Source of the DNA: Oopsacas minuta
Taxonomy: Eukaryota > Animalia > Porifera
Assembly (NCBI GenBank): GCA_024704765.1
Contig: JAKMXF010000353.1
Location: forward strand, 1 to 64,000
Reading direction: 5' to 3'
DNA length: 64,000 nt
The translations under genes were made by a program, and so were the position numbers. Under the pieces are notes generated by a model. That model was not told the origin of the DNA. It saw nothing but the letters and a program-made list of their open reading frames with translations, and did not search any database. This document shows, in pieces, positions 22,375 to 34,800 of this stretch (the first letter of the stretch is position 1; each line of letters begins with the position of its first letter).

Positions 22375-24394
22375 GCAAATAAACAGTGATGTGAGTAGAG
22401 TAATTTGGGGAAATTTGAAAGACTAAAATTTAGAATTCTACAATCTATAAATTGGAAAATGAAACTAAAAATAGGTACAATTATTTAACGCATATCGGTC
22501 ATACTGTTATGACGACGAATTAATTTTGGGTTTGTCGAAACTTGTAAAGTGTGATATTTCCAACTGGCTAAATACACATTTTTGGCGCCTAAAATCGAGG
22601 AATGACTGCCCAAATCAGCTATTCCAATATTCACGAATCCATCTGTGTACGAATACTCTACGTTGTCAGGATTATGTCGTAAGAATATCCCGCGTAAGTA
22701 CATATACTCTCTCCCATTGAAATCCAATGATTGCAGATTGTTCGTGTTTTGTAGTGAGTTCAAAAGGTGTGATTGGATCGTCTTGGCCTTGTACACGTAT
22801 AGAAGAGACCGAAGAGATTCTATTATGAGATAACAGTCTGGGATCGTAGATACTTTAAAGTCATACATCTTAATCGGAAGTGACGAATGGTCATCTCTCA
22901 CTAGAAGAGTATAAACTGAGTAAAATGAAACTAGAACTATAAATATTAAAATTAATTAGGTTTGGTTACAAATTGAAACTAGAACTATAAAATATCATTT
23001 TGGTACCAATGGGTACAACGTAAGAACCACTTCAGGACATATTTTGTGCCTCGAGAGCATAGATACCAAAGTTTTATATCCATATTGTGAAGTAAACAAA
23101 TCTATATGATTAAACCTCAATTGTTGTTTGCCTGTCTGTTTGTTTGTCCGTTGTGAAGGAAAGGATATACGGTATGCAATTTTGAACTAGTCGCATAACT
23201 ATGTATTTATCGTGTTTATCAAGGAAGCCGTCAATTTGGAGAATAATGGATATCTCGAGGCGGAATGCCCCGAATTCATCGCGAAGCGACGAGCCAAAGA
23301 CTCGTAAATTTGTAAATTACAGTGGAACGTCATTAATACGAACTCTGACACGTTCCATGTGTGTGCTACAAACATTCACTCACCTCGTATATGAAGAGAC
23401 TTTAGAGGATCAACACCAGACTCTACAATATTTGACATACATCCCATTCCCATTCTGATATCATCAATAGTATCTAACCCAATTCTCTCAATAGGCATAC
23501 CAGCTACAGACAATTCCAGATAGTTGAAATCCTCCGATAGACGTAGTGTAATTGTAGAAGGGCCTATTCCCATTTTTATGTGTAATAGTGCAATCCCATT
23601 CGTTAAGAAGCTCTGTGCGGACTCAAGGAATTGTTTACAGAATCTGCATACACGTTTTCCGGCTAGATCGCCAGGCAGCTGGGATTCATTTCCTGGGCGG
23701 TAAACAGGGCAACATGCACCTATAAATTGTAAATAATAAAACAACTAAAAGGTGTGAAAAGTGGCATTTTATGTCACATTTCCCTCTAAAAGTATTCAAA
23801 TTTTAGCCAAATTGTCCAATTCTAGTTTTCAACATCACCAAAATAGGAAAACTATAAAAGCGGGAATTTATAGAAAAGTGAATTTCTATGATTTGATAGG
23901 AAGTCTAATCAAATCAAAATTCTATTCAAATAAAATTGACTGTAATTAGCGGAATTAAGAGATTCTTAAGAGTCTTTATATTGACATTATAATTGGAAAA
24001 AGGTGTGAATAATAAGTTCAGGACCCCAGAGGGACACATATATACCCCAAAAAGGACCTATTTGCTAATTTACATGCCCAAATCGGAGTTATATTTTGCA
24101 GGACAGCGCGGACCACACATACCCAAAACAAAAAAAAACAGGTGTAACCTCCATGAACGGACCGTTTCCCTGTTTCTGCAAAACCCCTCGTTTGTGTAGG
24201 TTACACTATACCCATATGATATACAACATACCTGAATGAAATATATATCCACATAATCTGCAATGATGTCTGCGATTGAAAATACTAAACCCTCCGTCAC
24301 AGGAAGCACAGGTCTTGCTTGATCCGTCAGCCAGCCAGAAGGCAGCATAATAGTGTGGCAAGAGGTTCTCACCAAAAAACCGTGACTTCAACAT
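18470..24394 (-). CDS. FYVE zinc finger + PH-like domain protein with a long Pro/Ser-rich tail, multi-exon (downstream exon structure uncertain)
   Basis: Exon 24232-24394 has WLAD-CASC-FSIFNRRHHCRLCG. Exon ending at 23719 (5' boundary) completes the finger (RVCRFC) and splices in phase to the exon starting at 22900 (PH-like MYDFKVSTIPDCYLIIESLRSLL). Further low-complexity exons lie at about 21915-21960, 21560-21820, 21130-21490, 20579-20650 and 18555-18660. Their joining into one gene is inferred. Confidence 0.6.
18939..20429 (-). CDS. EME1: Crossover junction endonuclease EME1-like (MUS81 partner), intronless
   Basis: 496-aa ORF with a disordered acidic N-terminus, an ERCC4-like region (VLLLVYGVKEYFSHL...LQTYFQIHLH) and a C-terminal HhH2 (IWINQLLQFSRISEKMALAIVEKYPTPAVL...RRIGSKLSENIYLFFNSKD). 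Confidence 0.8.
   Translation of the reverse strand: MDLLTDDESSTPTMDEIYDAEIIKPKVNNNKIVDTTDSDDSDLPELTFVDTNKSQQQQQQQLSLVHELIRSIIPEEHIGIVTNDFRITGDVNVSINRYFEGNIWDNEFHSNDLDNGKICASSSGMNSMEISSCHDDAKICSYSKATSSCHDNTKICSEFIVNKFASKSADSKNIFFDEKNENFEEFSLQFSPLSCENEMEQTATTTSLKRKHSPIINKQTETECPDGKQSKQINYTITTTTNFDKHLLAHLKNGIKTPDHSDVTFDQTPSINDTQYVHWRYKQSTTTSKQNSDYICVIFSMIEFAKKYQKDRQFIENIFSTLFNTKVLLLVYGVKEYFSHLEAGNMSRATFDTLQTYFQIHLHLTIHLANSILEASDILVRIMRGVMALANRKERTFQFVTSYPRSGKGVKNRDDETKIWINQLLQFSRISEKMALAIVEKYPTPAVLKLEYLKCENETEKRYLLRNILVNKRRIGSKLSENIYLFFNSKDAKIKI
22324..22375. repeat. (AAC)n microsatellite
   Basis: Directly visible. Similar tracts at 38690-38725, 39669-39695 and 26915-26945. Confidence 0.97.
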
Positions 24395-26718
24395 AATTTT
24401 TAGTTTAGAAAACGACATAAATTTGGAATAATTTTCAAGTATTTATAATTACAAACTGAAAGTACAAAAGTCATTTGACTCTATCGTATTTATATGAAGC
24501 AACCAATTCAGTTGATGAGTTCAATATTGTGATTCCTATTCATTACTGAACACAGTAGCAAATATATTGAATAGCTTAGGAGAATTTTGGTTGTCGGGTT
24601 ACGTAAACTGAACTGTAGATGATTTTATAGTGAAAATGTTAAGTTCAAAGATTTGACGGGTCAAAGTGGTCGTGAAGTGATGGAAGTAATTATTTCTGGA
24701 ATATTCTAATTTTAGACAATTTCTCAAAAAGTGGACAGTTACCAATTTGATGAGGAGACGATGCCCTTAGCCCAGGGGGCGTTCCCAGGGTCTGGCAGAA
24801 CCGTCGCCAAGCTGGGATCAAGATTTTCAAACCCAGGGCAAAACAATGTAACCGCGATAAAACGAACACATTTTGACCGTTCGTTGGCGTGCGTATTAAG
24901 CCGGTTACACTGTACCCTTCTGCCTCTACCCCTAGGTCCACCGTTGCATCGATCACCCCCCCCTTGCCCTGGATAAATGTACTCCTGTCAGTTATAAATC
25001 AATCAAACATTCCAAAACTGTCATATATCGATATTCTAATCAATATAGTCGGTGTAGTAAAATGAAAATAATTGTTACATTCACTTAATTTGTGTATTGA
25101 GTGATAAAACAAATAAATACAACCATTTACAGAGAAGTATTGTTAATATTACACCTATGACGGTTAAATATGTTACGTAACGCTACAAGGGAGAGGGTGG
25201 GTGTGACACAGGGAGGGAGGGAGGGAGGGGGGTCAAAATTTAGGGAATTTTGTGTTACGTACGTTTGAACCCGGAAATTCGTATTAACGAGATTCCACTG
25301 TATATACGGAATAGGTATGCACGAATTGGATAATTCGCTGAGAAATACAGTAATTCATATGATAAATTGAAATATTACACAGCGCTATAGTCTACACCCA
25401 CCTCAGTTCATAATATTATACAACTCTTTCCAGTAAAGGAAATGCCAGACTTAAAGAACAGTTAAGCAATAAAGCACGTGTGTGTAATATCTAAAGCAAT
25501 CCTAACCATTCTGGCCTGTAGACAATGATTAAGATACGGCGTGTTATGAAATTTCAAACTTACTAATTATAATCGTGGACACATTTTCATATATGTCAGG
25601 ATAACCACTGTCTACAATAATATACATTTGACTCCACTTATAGAGCTACCAGTTAAGCGGGTCATATTGGCCTGGCCCCTTTGTGACCAGATTAAGCAGA
25701 GCCTACTGTACTTAACTTGTATATTCATTTAACCAATAGAATATCAGCCTACATATACTGGGTAAACCCTCGAATCTGATAGGTCAGAGTATTTACGAAA
25801 TCATCGTTTGAATTAGAAATTATTGCATTCCTATGTATCATTGAATCTCTATGGAAATCTCTCCATCATGCCCAAAGGGATAAATTATGATATCTAAACG
25901 ATATCCCTTACAATTCCTTAGAAATAAAATCTTCTAGAGTTAGTACAATATTGAAGATCTGTTTTTGAGAAATTACGTATATCGTAAGCCTTATCCGAGT
26001 TCTTATGTATATTTCACCGGCTATACTGAAGGAGTTATCACGGTCTCTCGAACTTCAGTATAACAAAAGTTATCTTGACATAACAGCAAGTGACTTTAAA
26101 TATTCAAAAGCGCCGATCTGTTATAGACAAAACTCCAATTAGCAATCATTTGACTATTTTAATGCCACTTAAACACACAAAAATATTCAAAAAGTAATCG
26201 CCGATAATATCAAATTCAAATATTTACTTACTATCTTAGAAATATATATTATTTGATAATATTAAATTCAAGTCAGATGTCTATGAAAGCAAATCATAAA
26301 GATATGATTCCGATAAACAATAATATATTCATCTTATCATTATTTATAATTAATGATACGCTATCTCGTGATTTTAGAATATACGTATAACGTCAGTACA
26401 CCTAATTACGTGCTAATGAGTGTGTAATACAGTTTAATAGATTCTAAGATGGTCACGACATGTTTGTTAATATATTATCGCTATAATAGTGGTTATTCTA
26501 GGCGGAGGGTTAAACCGTAGGCTGCAATATTTATAAGATATATCAAGGAGTATACTAGTAATATATGCATATACAGTAACCACACTCATATGTGAATTAT
26601 ACACATAAATGTTTATTAATTATGGAGATACATCTCAATATGTCTAAAAGCGAATTCACTGCAAATAGTTTTGGCAATAAACCCGAGACAAGAGTCAGGT
26701 GTTAATCATTCACTAGGC

Positions 26719-26806
26719 CAGTTGTTCCCAACCTGAGGTCAATGAACCCTTGGTGATCTACGGGTGACAGTAGGAGATACACAGGTCAAAAGGTTGGGAA
26801 CAACTG
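26719..26806. mobile_element. hAT (Charlie-like) MITE, family B
   Basis: Perfect 16-bp TIR cagttgttcccaacct/aggttgggaacaactg, with degenerate 8-bp flanks cactaggc/taataggc. Confidence 0.8.
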
Positions 26807-26972
26807 TAATAGGCGAACTAGACAGTCGCATAATCTTATGGAATTTTTGCCTTTTGAATACTGAAAATTGAGCGAATGGTGGCAAAGGTTAAAATCACCT
26901 CTAAGACCGGTCCAGACAACAACAACAACAACAACAACAACAAATAAGTAAACAAGTATGACAAAAACAAAC

Positions 26973-27279
26973 CTCTTCCTTTAGGATTACCAGCAGCTGT
27001 AGTTCTTTTAGGAATCTTGTTATCTGTTACAGAGACAATAGGCTTATTCATACGAGCCTGCTTTTCTATTGGTTGTTTAGATAAATCAACCTAAATCAAT
27101 TAGACAATAGTAAATACAAAATACAAACAAACACAGTCCTCTGGAAAAGAGAGCCCTGCCCAAGGGGTAAAAACTGTCCCATGGGGTGCAAAATAATGTA
27201 TCTAAAATACCTGGGGACTAGAAGTCCGTGAGAGCTTAGGGCTGTCTGTTATCTGATTGTTTGCTGGTGTAGTATCCAT
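26973..27279 (-). CDS. First two exons of an unidentified gene (MDTTPANNQITDSPKLSRTSSPQ|VDLSKQPIEKQARMNKPIV...KGRG); remainder not traced
   Basis: ATG at 27279, CAG|GTATTT donor, TTTAG acceptor at 27091, in-frame join, and a second donor G|GTTTGT at 26972. No recognisable domain. Confidence 0.35.
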
Positions 27280-27474
27280 GGTTACTAATAACTATCCTAA
27301 ATATGTGTATAGTATATCTGTAATACAAATATATTCATAAAAGAAGGAAATATATTAATAGTGGAAATTGGTGTATACTTAAGTGTCAAAATAACTTGGA
27401 ACTGTAGATAATTGTTGCCCAAAAGTTGTCGCTAAAACAGAGCTGATTACAGTGAAACATTATCTTAAAATATT

Positions 27475-27641
27475 CAGTAAACTCCAGTTTTATCTAACAC
27501 GGATATATTGAAATACCCGCTTATATCAAAGTCTGAATTTGTACAAATATGGTCCCAGCCCGTCAAAGGAACAAAGCTTCATCAGTTATGCCGAAATAAT
27601 AATCACGGTCCCTTGAGCTTCGATATAACGGGAGATATCTG
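27475..27641. mobile_element. MITE family A copy
   Basis: cagtaaactccagttttatc...gatataacgggagatatctg, with the same internal motifs as 12348..12509. Confidence 0.75.
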
Positions 27642-27799
27642 TATACATAATTATCAGGACCCCGTTATTAACGCTACCACTGTAAGCTAAACCATGGATA
27701 AATGCCTTAGCGCAGTTTTAACAATTGTTATACAACCACATCGTTAGAATTAAAATTACCATACATTTATATTAGGTACTATTATATACACAAAATCCA

Positions 27800-28192
27800 A
27801 TGGCAAATGAGGAGCAACGGCTGATAGATGCGACCTGTGAAACTGGAACTGAAGTAGTAAACAAGTTCTACCGATTCAATGATAAACGTCGACACGAAAT
27901 AGGTAATCTCTACATAGATACCGCGGTGGCTTTATGGAATGGTAACATACTACAGGGCAATATGAACATCACCAAATTCTACCAGGACCTGCCCACTTCG
28001 ACACATTCTGTCACTAGCGTGGATTGTCAACCTATCTCTGACGATAGCACAATGAGACTACTCATCTCTGTGGAGGGAATCGTCCAATTCGAAGGAATGG
28101 GACCACAGAATTTCTCACAAATATTTATACTAGCTAGACAGATGGATTCTGTGTGGAAAATAACTAATGACTGTTATAGATATTTTGAGTAA
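27800..28192 (+). CDS. NXT1: NTF2-related export protein NXT1/p15, intronless
   Basis: 130-aa ORF with an NTF2 fold: FYRFNDKRRHEIGNLY, WNGN, LPTSTHSVTSVDCQP, FSQIFIL, WKITNDCYRY. Confidence 0.9.
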   Translation: MANEEQRLIDATCETGTEVVNKFYRFNDKRRHEIGNLYIDTAVALWNGNILQGNMNITKFYQDLPTSTHSVTSVDCQPISDDSTMRLLISVEGIVQFEGMGPQNFSQIFILARQMDSVWKITNDCYRYFE

Positions 28193-29390
28193 TTTGTTTG
28201 TTTGTTTATGATTATAGTGTTAGTAAATAAACCATATTACTTGGGAATATCCACACATTCCAATCTGCTACGTCCCGGTCAACATCCTTAAGTGTCAATA
28301 AAGTTGCCAAAAGCAAAATAACCATTAATTAAGGTCCCCTATAGTGTGGTTAAGGTGAGACGAATTGTCTCGAGACATGGCGGTTCGGTAAGAGGGCACT
28401 CTGCCCCACATTATTACAATTTTGAGCATACGAAACCAATATATAGTTGTCGAGATAGGGCTACGAAAATGTAAATAATCTTGTCACTATACGCATATTA
28501 TAAACTATATTATAGCAGATATAAAGTCTAAAAATAACCAACCGTAAATAATCGCTGTTCTGACAAGTAGTATAGCCTATTGAGTAGATAATTCCAAGTA
28601 TGTGTAGTTGTTGCTAGGTTACCAGTAGCATTCTATGTAAGATAGTAGCAGCAAACTTAGTTCCTAATCGGTGAAAATAGTATTCCAAGTAAGTGTGTAG
28701 ATATTTGGAACTAGGCATATAAGAGTGAAGTTATGTATACTACTGTGTAGCTCCATAAACGGGGTGGAGGGAGACAGTTACATGCTATAACGTTTCCCGT
28801 TTTAGTCATAACACCATAGGCTGCCCCACATTCGACACCTTCCCTAAAATGGTCAGTGAGCTTCCCAAACGAAGTCTACTGTATGTAGTACCAGTTAATT
28901 TCTAGAAATAAGTTTATGAATGGGAATGGGCCTATTTTATGCAAATTATTCGGATGATTGAAATCAGCTGAAGTATTTTGCTATGCCCTCATAACTGAAC
29001 TTCCATATAAGGAATTGTACCAACTATACTATTGTAGTGGGCCCTTTGGTGGTCCACGGACGACAGCAGGGGGTCCTAATGATCTCGAAATATGAATTAC
29101 AGTCTATGGGAGGCATTCATAGGTGAAAAAGGTTGGTGATTTATCCGTCAGCGGTGGACAGACAAAACTATTATAGACACAGGGCTGAAACTTTCAAGGA
29201 ACATGGACAAGTACCGTTGGATATGCATTGGGGTCACGATTTTAGATGTGACACACTGTGCCACTTCTAATTTCCTGGTGAATAGCTCCTTTAATCGATA
29301 AAATAATTATAGCAATGGTTTTATTATAAGAACAGATGATAACAAAATATACAAAATTATTAAATATGAACAAACAAACAAATAAATAGC

Positions 29391-29669
29391 TCAACCAGAT
29401 TTGAATAATAACACTGCCACTTGTCCCACATAAAAATATATGAAATGCTTCGTCTCATGTGTTACATACGAACCGAAATTCCTCCCAACGACACAGTGCC
29501 ATGTCGGGCTATACCGGCGGTCAAACTCCTTCTTTATATACCCTGCGACATCCTTTTCAACCTGGAACTGTCCAATGGCCTCTTGTGCTAGTTTGGTAGC
29601 AGCAGATTGCATATCTTCAGACATGTCATAGCTCTTTATTGAGACTTTGTTTTCTTGTGTTTGTGCCAT
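29391..29669 (-). CDS. Dynein light chain LC8 family paralogue 1, intronless
   Basis: [55 protein letters not shown]. Confidence 0.95.
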   Translation of the reverse strand: MAQTQENKVSIKSYDMSEDMQSAATKLAQEAIGQFQVEKDVAGYIKKEFDRRYSPTWHCVVGRNFGSYVTHETKHFIYFYVGQVAVLLFKSG

Positions 29670-30524
29670 ATGCTAATTGTAAATAACATTAATAAACAAA
29701 TATATATATATTCGGACAATTGATCCAATGTATATGAATTCGGAACTTATTTGTTATACTATTATCACACTTATCTAATTAAGCTTCCTCCTAACACCTA
29801 TAATAATAGTATATTATCATCAGAAACCAGATTATACACTATAGAGGAATTAATCTACTTCTCCTAAACCACATGGCATAATTAGCAGAGGTAAGTGTCA
29901 GCTGATAGAGGGGTAACAGACAGCAGGGGTTCCCAACTCCTGCTGTCATTCATTGACCACCAAGACCCCAGGTTGGGAACAACTTACTCATGGATACATT
30001 TTTGGTGATTACATTATATTTTCACACCTTTAGGGAATATTACAAAATGAACCAGATAATATGTTCCAACAGCTAACAGGTGTCGAAAACGACACAAAAT
30101 GGCAAATTATCAAAATCATATTTGAGTATTTTGAGGTGTGAATTATGATTCTACAACTAAAATTATGAAATTTTTGCAAATTCATAATTGTAACTGGAAC
30201 TAGTAAGTGGCTGAATATATAGTGGACCTATTGTTGTAGGTTTCAATTAAGCAATTTCATTGGATGAGCAGACTAGACCTACAACAATGGAAACCTAATA
30301 AAGTGGCTGCATTCTTATGATTCCACTGAAGTGTCCTAATTTGGAACTAATATTTTGCAAACTGGAACCTAACTTTTGGACATTAGTGTGGCGCCCTCCC
30401 GCTCAATTATAGCTGAGAGATAAGCTTCATATTTACGTCATAAGTTCAATCAAACAGGAATAATAATTGAATAATAAAAGTAGAACAAACAACAAACAAG
30501 TAAGTGATAAATTCAACATTCCAT

Positions 30525-30794
30525 CTAACCAGATTTGTAGAGGAGGATAGCAACCTGTCCTAGATAGAAGTACAGGAAGTGTTTGGTCTCATGGGTTACA
30601 TAGGACCCATAATTCCGACCCACAATACAGTGCCAAGTGGGGTTATATTTCCGGTCGAATTCCTTTTTGATGTATGCGGCGATATCCTTTTCTACATTGA
30701 ATTTCTCCATGGCCTGAGTAGCGCACTCGATGGAGTCTTGTTGCATATCCTCGCTCATATCGGCGTTCTTGATTACAGCCTTTCGTTCGGACAT
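30525..30794 (-). CDS. DYNLL1: Canonical dynein light chain LC8 (DYNLL1/2-like), intronless
   Basis: 89 aa, [72 protein letters not shown]..., near-canonical LC8. Confidence 0.97.
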   Translation of the reverse strand: MSERKAVIKNADMSEDMQQDSIECATQAMEKFNVEKDIAAYIKKEFDRKYNPTWHCIVGRNYGSYVTHETKHFLYFYLGQVAILLYKSG

Positions 30795-31335
30795 TTCTCG
30801 CGTATTTTCGAGGTGTTGTGTAGATATTTTGTAAATTCTGCAATAATCAGTTTTTATAGAAAGATTCGCATTGTTGTAGGTTTCTAAATACTCGCATTTG
30901 ATTGGCTAGTTTAGGAACCTACAACAATGGGATTACAATGGAATTTCTACAAAGCATTGAAATAGGTGACAACAGTAAATATGTATACATTTAGGAAATA
31001 AACACTAATTCGTGTATTTGTTTACTAATTACGATAAACAAGCTTGGATAGTATCCACCTTGAATGGGCATAGCCAAATACCAACGAGGTAACCATGGAA
31101 ACTGGGACATAACACGTCACAAAATCACGTTAGGGGAGTTGGTTATATATATATATCCCCCGTTAAAGGGTGCTAGAATATGAATAATCACCCCAGCTAC
31201 TATTCTAGGTATTATGGTATGAAAGTATAATTAATCTTCACACCTAAGTGAAATATTAAACAGGTCTATGCAATCAATATATGCTTAGAAATATCTTATA
31301 AATACAAGTCAACTCAAAAATTGCCTCCAAATCAA

Positions 31336-31599
31336 ATGGTAGAACAAAAAGTGGTCACAATAGCGACGAATATGCCCTCGGTGCAACAACAAAATGCCAT
31401 ATCAGTCGCCACATATGCAACGGCGATAAGTAACATCGAGAAAGAAATAGCTACATACATAAAGGACAGGTTTGATACGGAGTATAACCCAGTATGGCAC
31501 TGTATAGTTGGCCGTAATCTGGGGACTTATTCGGGACAAGGAGAGTATATTAACTTCTTGATAGGATCGGGGGAATTTTTGTTATACAGAGTTCAGTAA
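31336..31599 (+). CDS. Divergent dynein light chain LC8 paralogue 3, intronless
   Basis: First ATG at 31336. Contains [30 protein letters not shown]; the C-terminal strands are divergent and shortened. Confidence 0.85.
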   Translation: MVEQKVVTIATNMPSVQQQNAISVATYATAISNIEKEIATYIKDRFDTEYNPVWHCIVGRNLGTYSGQGEYINFLIGSGEFLLYRVQ

Positions 31600-31875
31600 T
31601 TTGTTTGTGTATTTTGTAAATAATATGTTTGTTTGTTTGTATCATTGTATATGGTTATTTGTTTGTTTGTTTATGAGACTGAATTGGCATGGGGGTCCAC
31701 TGCGATAGACAAACCCGTGCGGCAGTAGTTGACTAAGGCCTCTGAGAAAAAGGTGAAAGGATTCTCAACCAATTAAATAGGAGTTTAGTAATATTGTTTA
31801 CATAATAAAATTGTTTACGTCACGAAATATCCAATAAAAGAGTGTTAACAATACGAATACAAATAAATATATTTA

Positions 31876-34800
31876 TTAACTACGCATTATAGCGCTTTGA
31901 CTCAAAAGTGACAGAACTGTCTGAACGGATTCTGTGCGAGTACCAGAAATAGAATCGACAGATTTGTTTGGGATACTAAAAATAAATCGGAGGAGTTGGG
32001 ACAACTTCTTCTCCGGTTGGGAGGGGTCCAGGTTCTTTAGGGTGATCACAAAATCATCTACAGATACAGTTCTAAAAATAGAAAATATGGATAAATGAGA
32101 TCATTATACACTGATCTCCCAAAACGGACACTCCCTCTCCTGGAAAGGAATGAATTAGCAATCATATATGTAATACATTAGCAGTCTCCGAGAAGTGGAC
32201 AACTACCTAAAACCGACAGGAGCGATGTCCCCAACGTGTCCGTTATTCGGTGACTCTCCTGTATGCTTTATTATTAATCATATTCTCACGCCTGTTTATG
32301 AATATTTCGAAATTCTCCAAGAGATCAGCTTCCACCTGCTGATTAGGGTAACAGGGGATGTAGAATTCAATTTTGACTCTTTCAACTGTCTAACACGAAT
32401 ATTTACATACAATAAGAAATTTTTGAGACCAAATATCTAGCAAGATTTTGAATTTTAGGCCAAAAGGAGTGAAAATATGATTAATCATATGATACTTTAA
32501 TATTTCAATATCTGAAACAACTCAACATTCAAAAACAAGCGAGTAAATGTACTAACAAACAAACAAACTATTGAAACAACAAAATAGCAACTTGTCCCAC
32601 ATAAAAATATATGAAATGCTTCGTCTTATGTGTTACATACGAACCAAAATTCCTCCCAACGACACAATTCCAATGTGTCTGATATTTATCATCAAATTGG
32701 GTTTTGATATACTCAGCTATATCTTTCTCAACAGAGAACTTGTCGAGAGCAACTGTGGCTATTTGGACGACATTCAGCTGCATGTCTTCTGTCATATCTG
32801 CATTCTTTATAACAACTTTACGTTCTGCCATTAGAAACTTTCGGAATTTCATAAATTTAGTTCTTATATAACACAATTATGGCATATAGTGGCATATAGT
32901 GGCATATAGTGGCATATAGTGGCATATAGTGGCTCTGGAATTATTCAAGCATAAATCGCATGAATGAAAATTATTCATCCATACGCCAGATTCTATATCA
33001 GCTGGTTTTGGTTAATTCAGTGTGAAGTTGTCTATTAGAAAGTCCAAAGCGATAACAGAACTATGAAATATTGAGACTAGTGGGGGCAGAATATTAAGAA
33101 ACCCCTCTAGGGGGTTTGGATGGTCTGAGTACCCATTGGCACGCCGATATTTAGGAACGAAATCAAACCTTTGAACAGGCGAATCACTGATACCTCTACG
33201 TAAATTCATAAAATAGGGTCTCTGTACTCCGTCCAAAGGCTCCCGAACTCATCCTCTATACAAGTACAAGTACCACAGAGGTCATCCCAGGACCCTATTC
33301 TACTATCCCACGAGAGGTGTTTTGGCAAGATGACATAAAGAGCTACCTTTATGCCATCATAGAGCTATGAGATATGTGAACTTACTCAAATCCCTCTAGT
33401 TTAATTGTAATATCTTTAATTAACACTTCTCTCTGTTCTAAGAATACTTCATAGAATCTCTCAACGAATTCTGAAGCTCCTTCTCCAAGCTAAATACAAA
33501 TATATTAAGGTGAATATTTATAGAAAGTGGTTGTTTAAGTAGCACAAATCCGCCACAAAGACTGACAAACAGATAAACAATAACAAACAAACAAACAAAC
33601 AAACAATCACCTGTTTGGCTAATTCATCAACTACTATACCATCTGACTCTACTATTGAATTGGTTAGTTTAACAGCCATATCCTCAGTGAAAACTGAGAA
33701 GTTAGACAGAATACAGTTAACTAAGTTATCTTGAGAAATTTTAGCATAACCTTCCTCCTCTGTGGTTGCTAGGTTATATATCTGAGATTTCAGAATGTCG
33801 TGTCTAGCTAGCAACTCAAAATAGATCTCCTCTTCCTTCTAAATCAAATACACACATATAACACTTGTAAGATGAATTGATTCAAATTATATCTGAAGTG
33901 AAGTGTAGAAAATACACTGAAAAACACGATAGAATTGTCAGATATTTAAATATTTGATTTTAACATCAAAAGGAGGAAATGTCAACCTGTTCTGTAGCTA
34001 GTGGCGGTCCCAGGGGAGGTCAACGGGACATTTTCCCATATCCGTCGCAACAGATATCTAATTTACCTTCCCTAAAATGACAGATAGAAATAATCCCGGT
34101 AACAGCTGGAATTCATACTGTGATAGAGTCTGATGTATATTGTATGCTGTCTCATAAACCCTCTCTTCTGATTGGATCTCAGACAGGTATGTGTATAGGC
34201 TCACATCAAATGGAACCTATAAATAGAATGCCCGTATTCCAACTATGATTACTCGATTGTCTAAATTATGACAACAAAAAGAAAATATTAAGAATGTTGC
34301 TCAATAAAACATAACAAATAGAATATTCATAGAGTCAACTCCTGTCATATCTAAGCTCAAGGGACCGTGATAACTACATCGATATGACCGATGGAATGTA
34401 TGTTACTTTGACGGTTTGGGACCATATTTGTACAATTACAGACTTTGATATAAGCGTGTTCGATGCAATAAAACAGAAGTTGACTATACTCACTTACATT
34501 ATCGTTATTAACTAGCTGCTGTACTCTATAAGGCCAGTAAGCAGATAGTATCTTATATGCTTCTTGTTTCTTCATATGAGTATTCTTAATCTGACCATCA
34601 CACCTTAGAAACTTCGGTATATGATCCTCTGTACCCTAGGGACAATATATATGACGTAATTATCTAATTAAATTAGTTCTAATTGACATACCAATCCTTG
34701 GAACATGTCGCTAGCCCTGACTTCTTCTAAACTGAGTCCTGACATTTCAACCAATAGAAAGTCAACCTTTTCCGCACTGCTGGTATCCTCTGTTAATCCC

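Noticed and set aside
22485-22901. Stand-alone 138-aa gene
   Set aside because: It begins at a splice acceptor in phase with the preceding FYVE-gene exon, so it is better read as an exon of that gene.
24476-24712. Possibly decayed coding sequence on the + strand
   Set aside because: It has several stops in all frames and no recognisable homology, so it cannot be supported without a search.
24690-24976. GC-rich ORFs 24690..24956 and 24731..24976
   Set aside because: The region resembles a GC-rich repeat also seen near 10140-10260, so it is likely a transposon relic rather than a gene.
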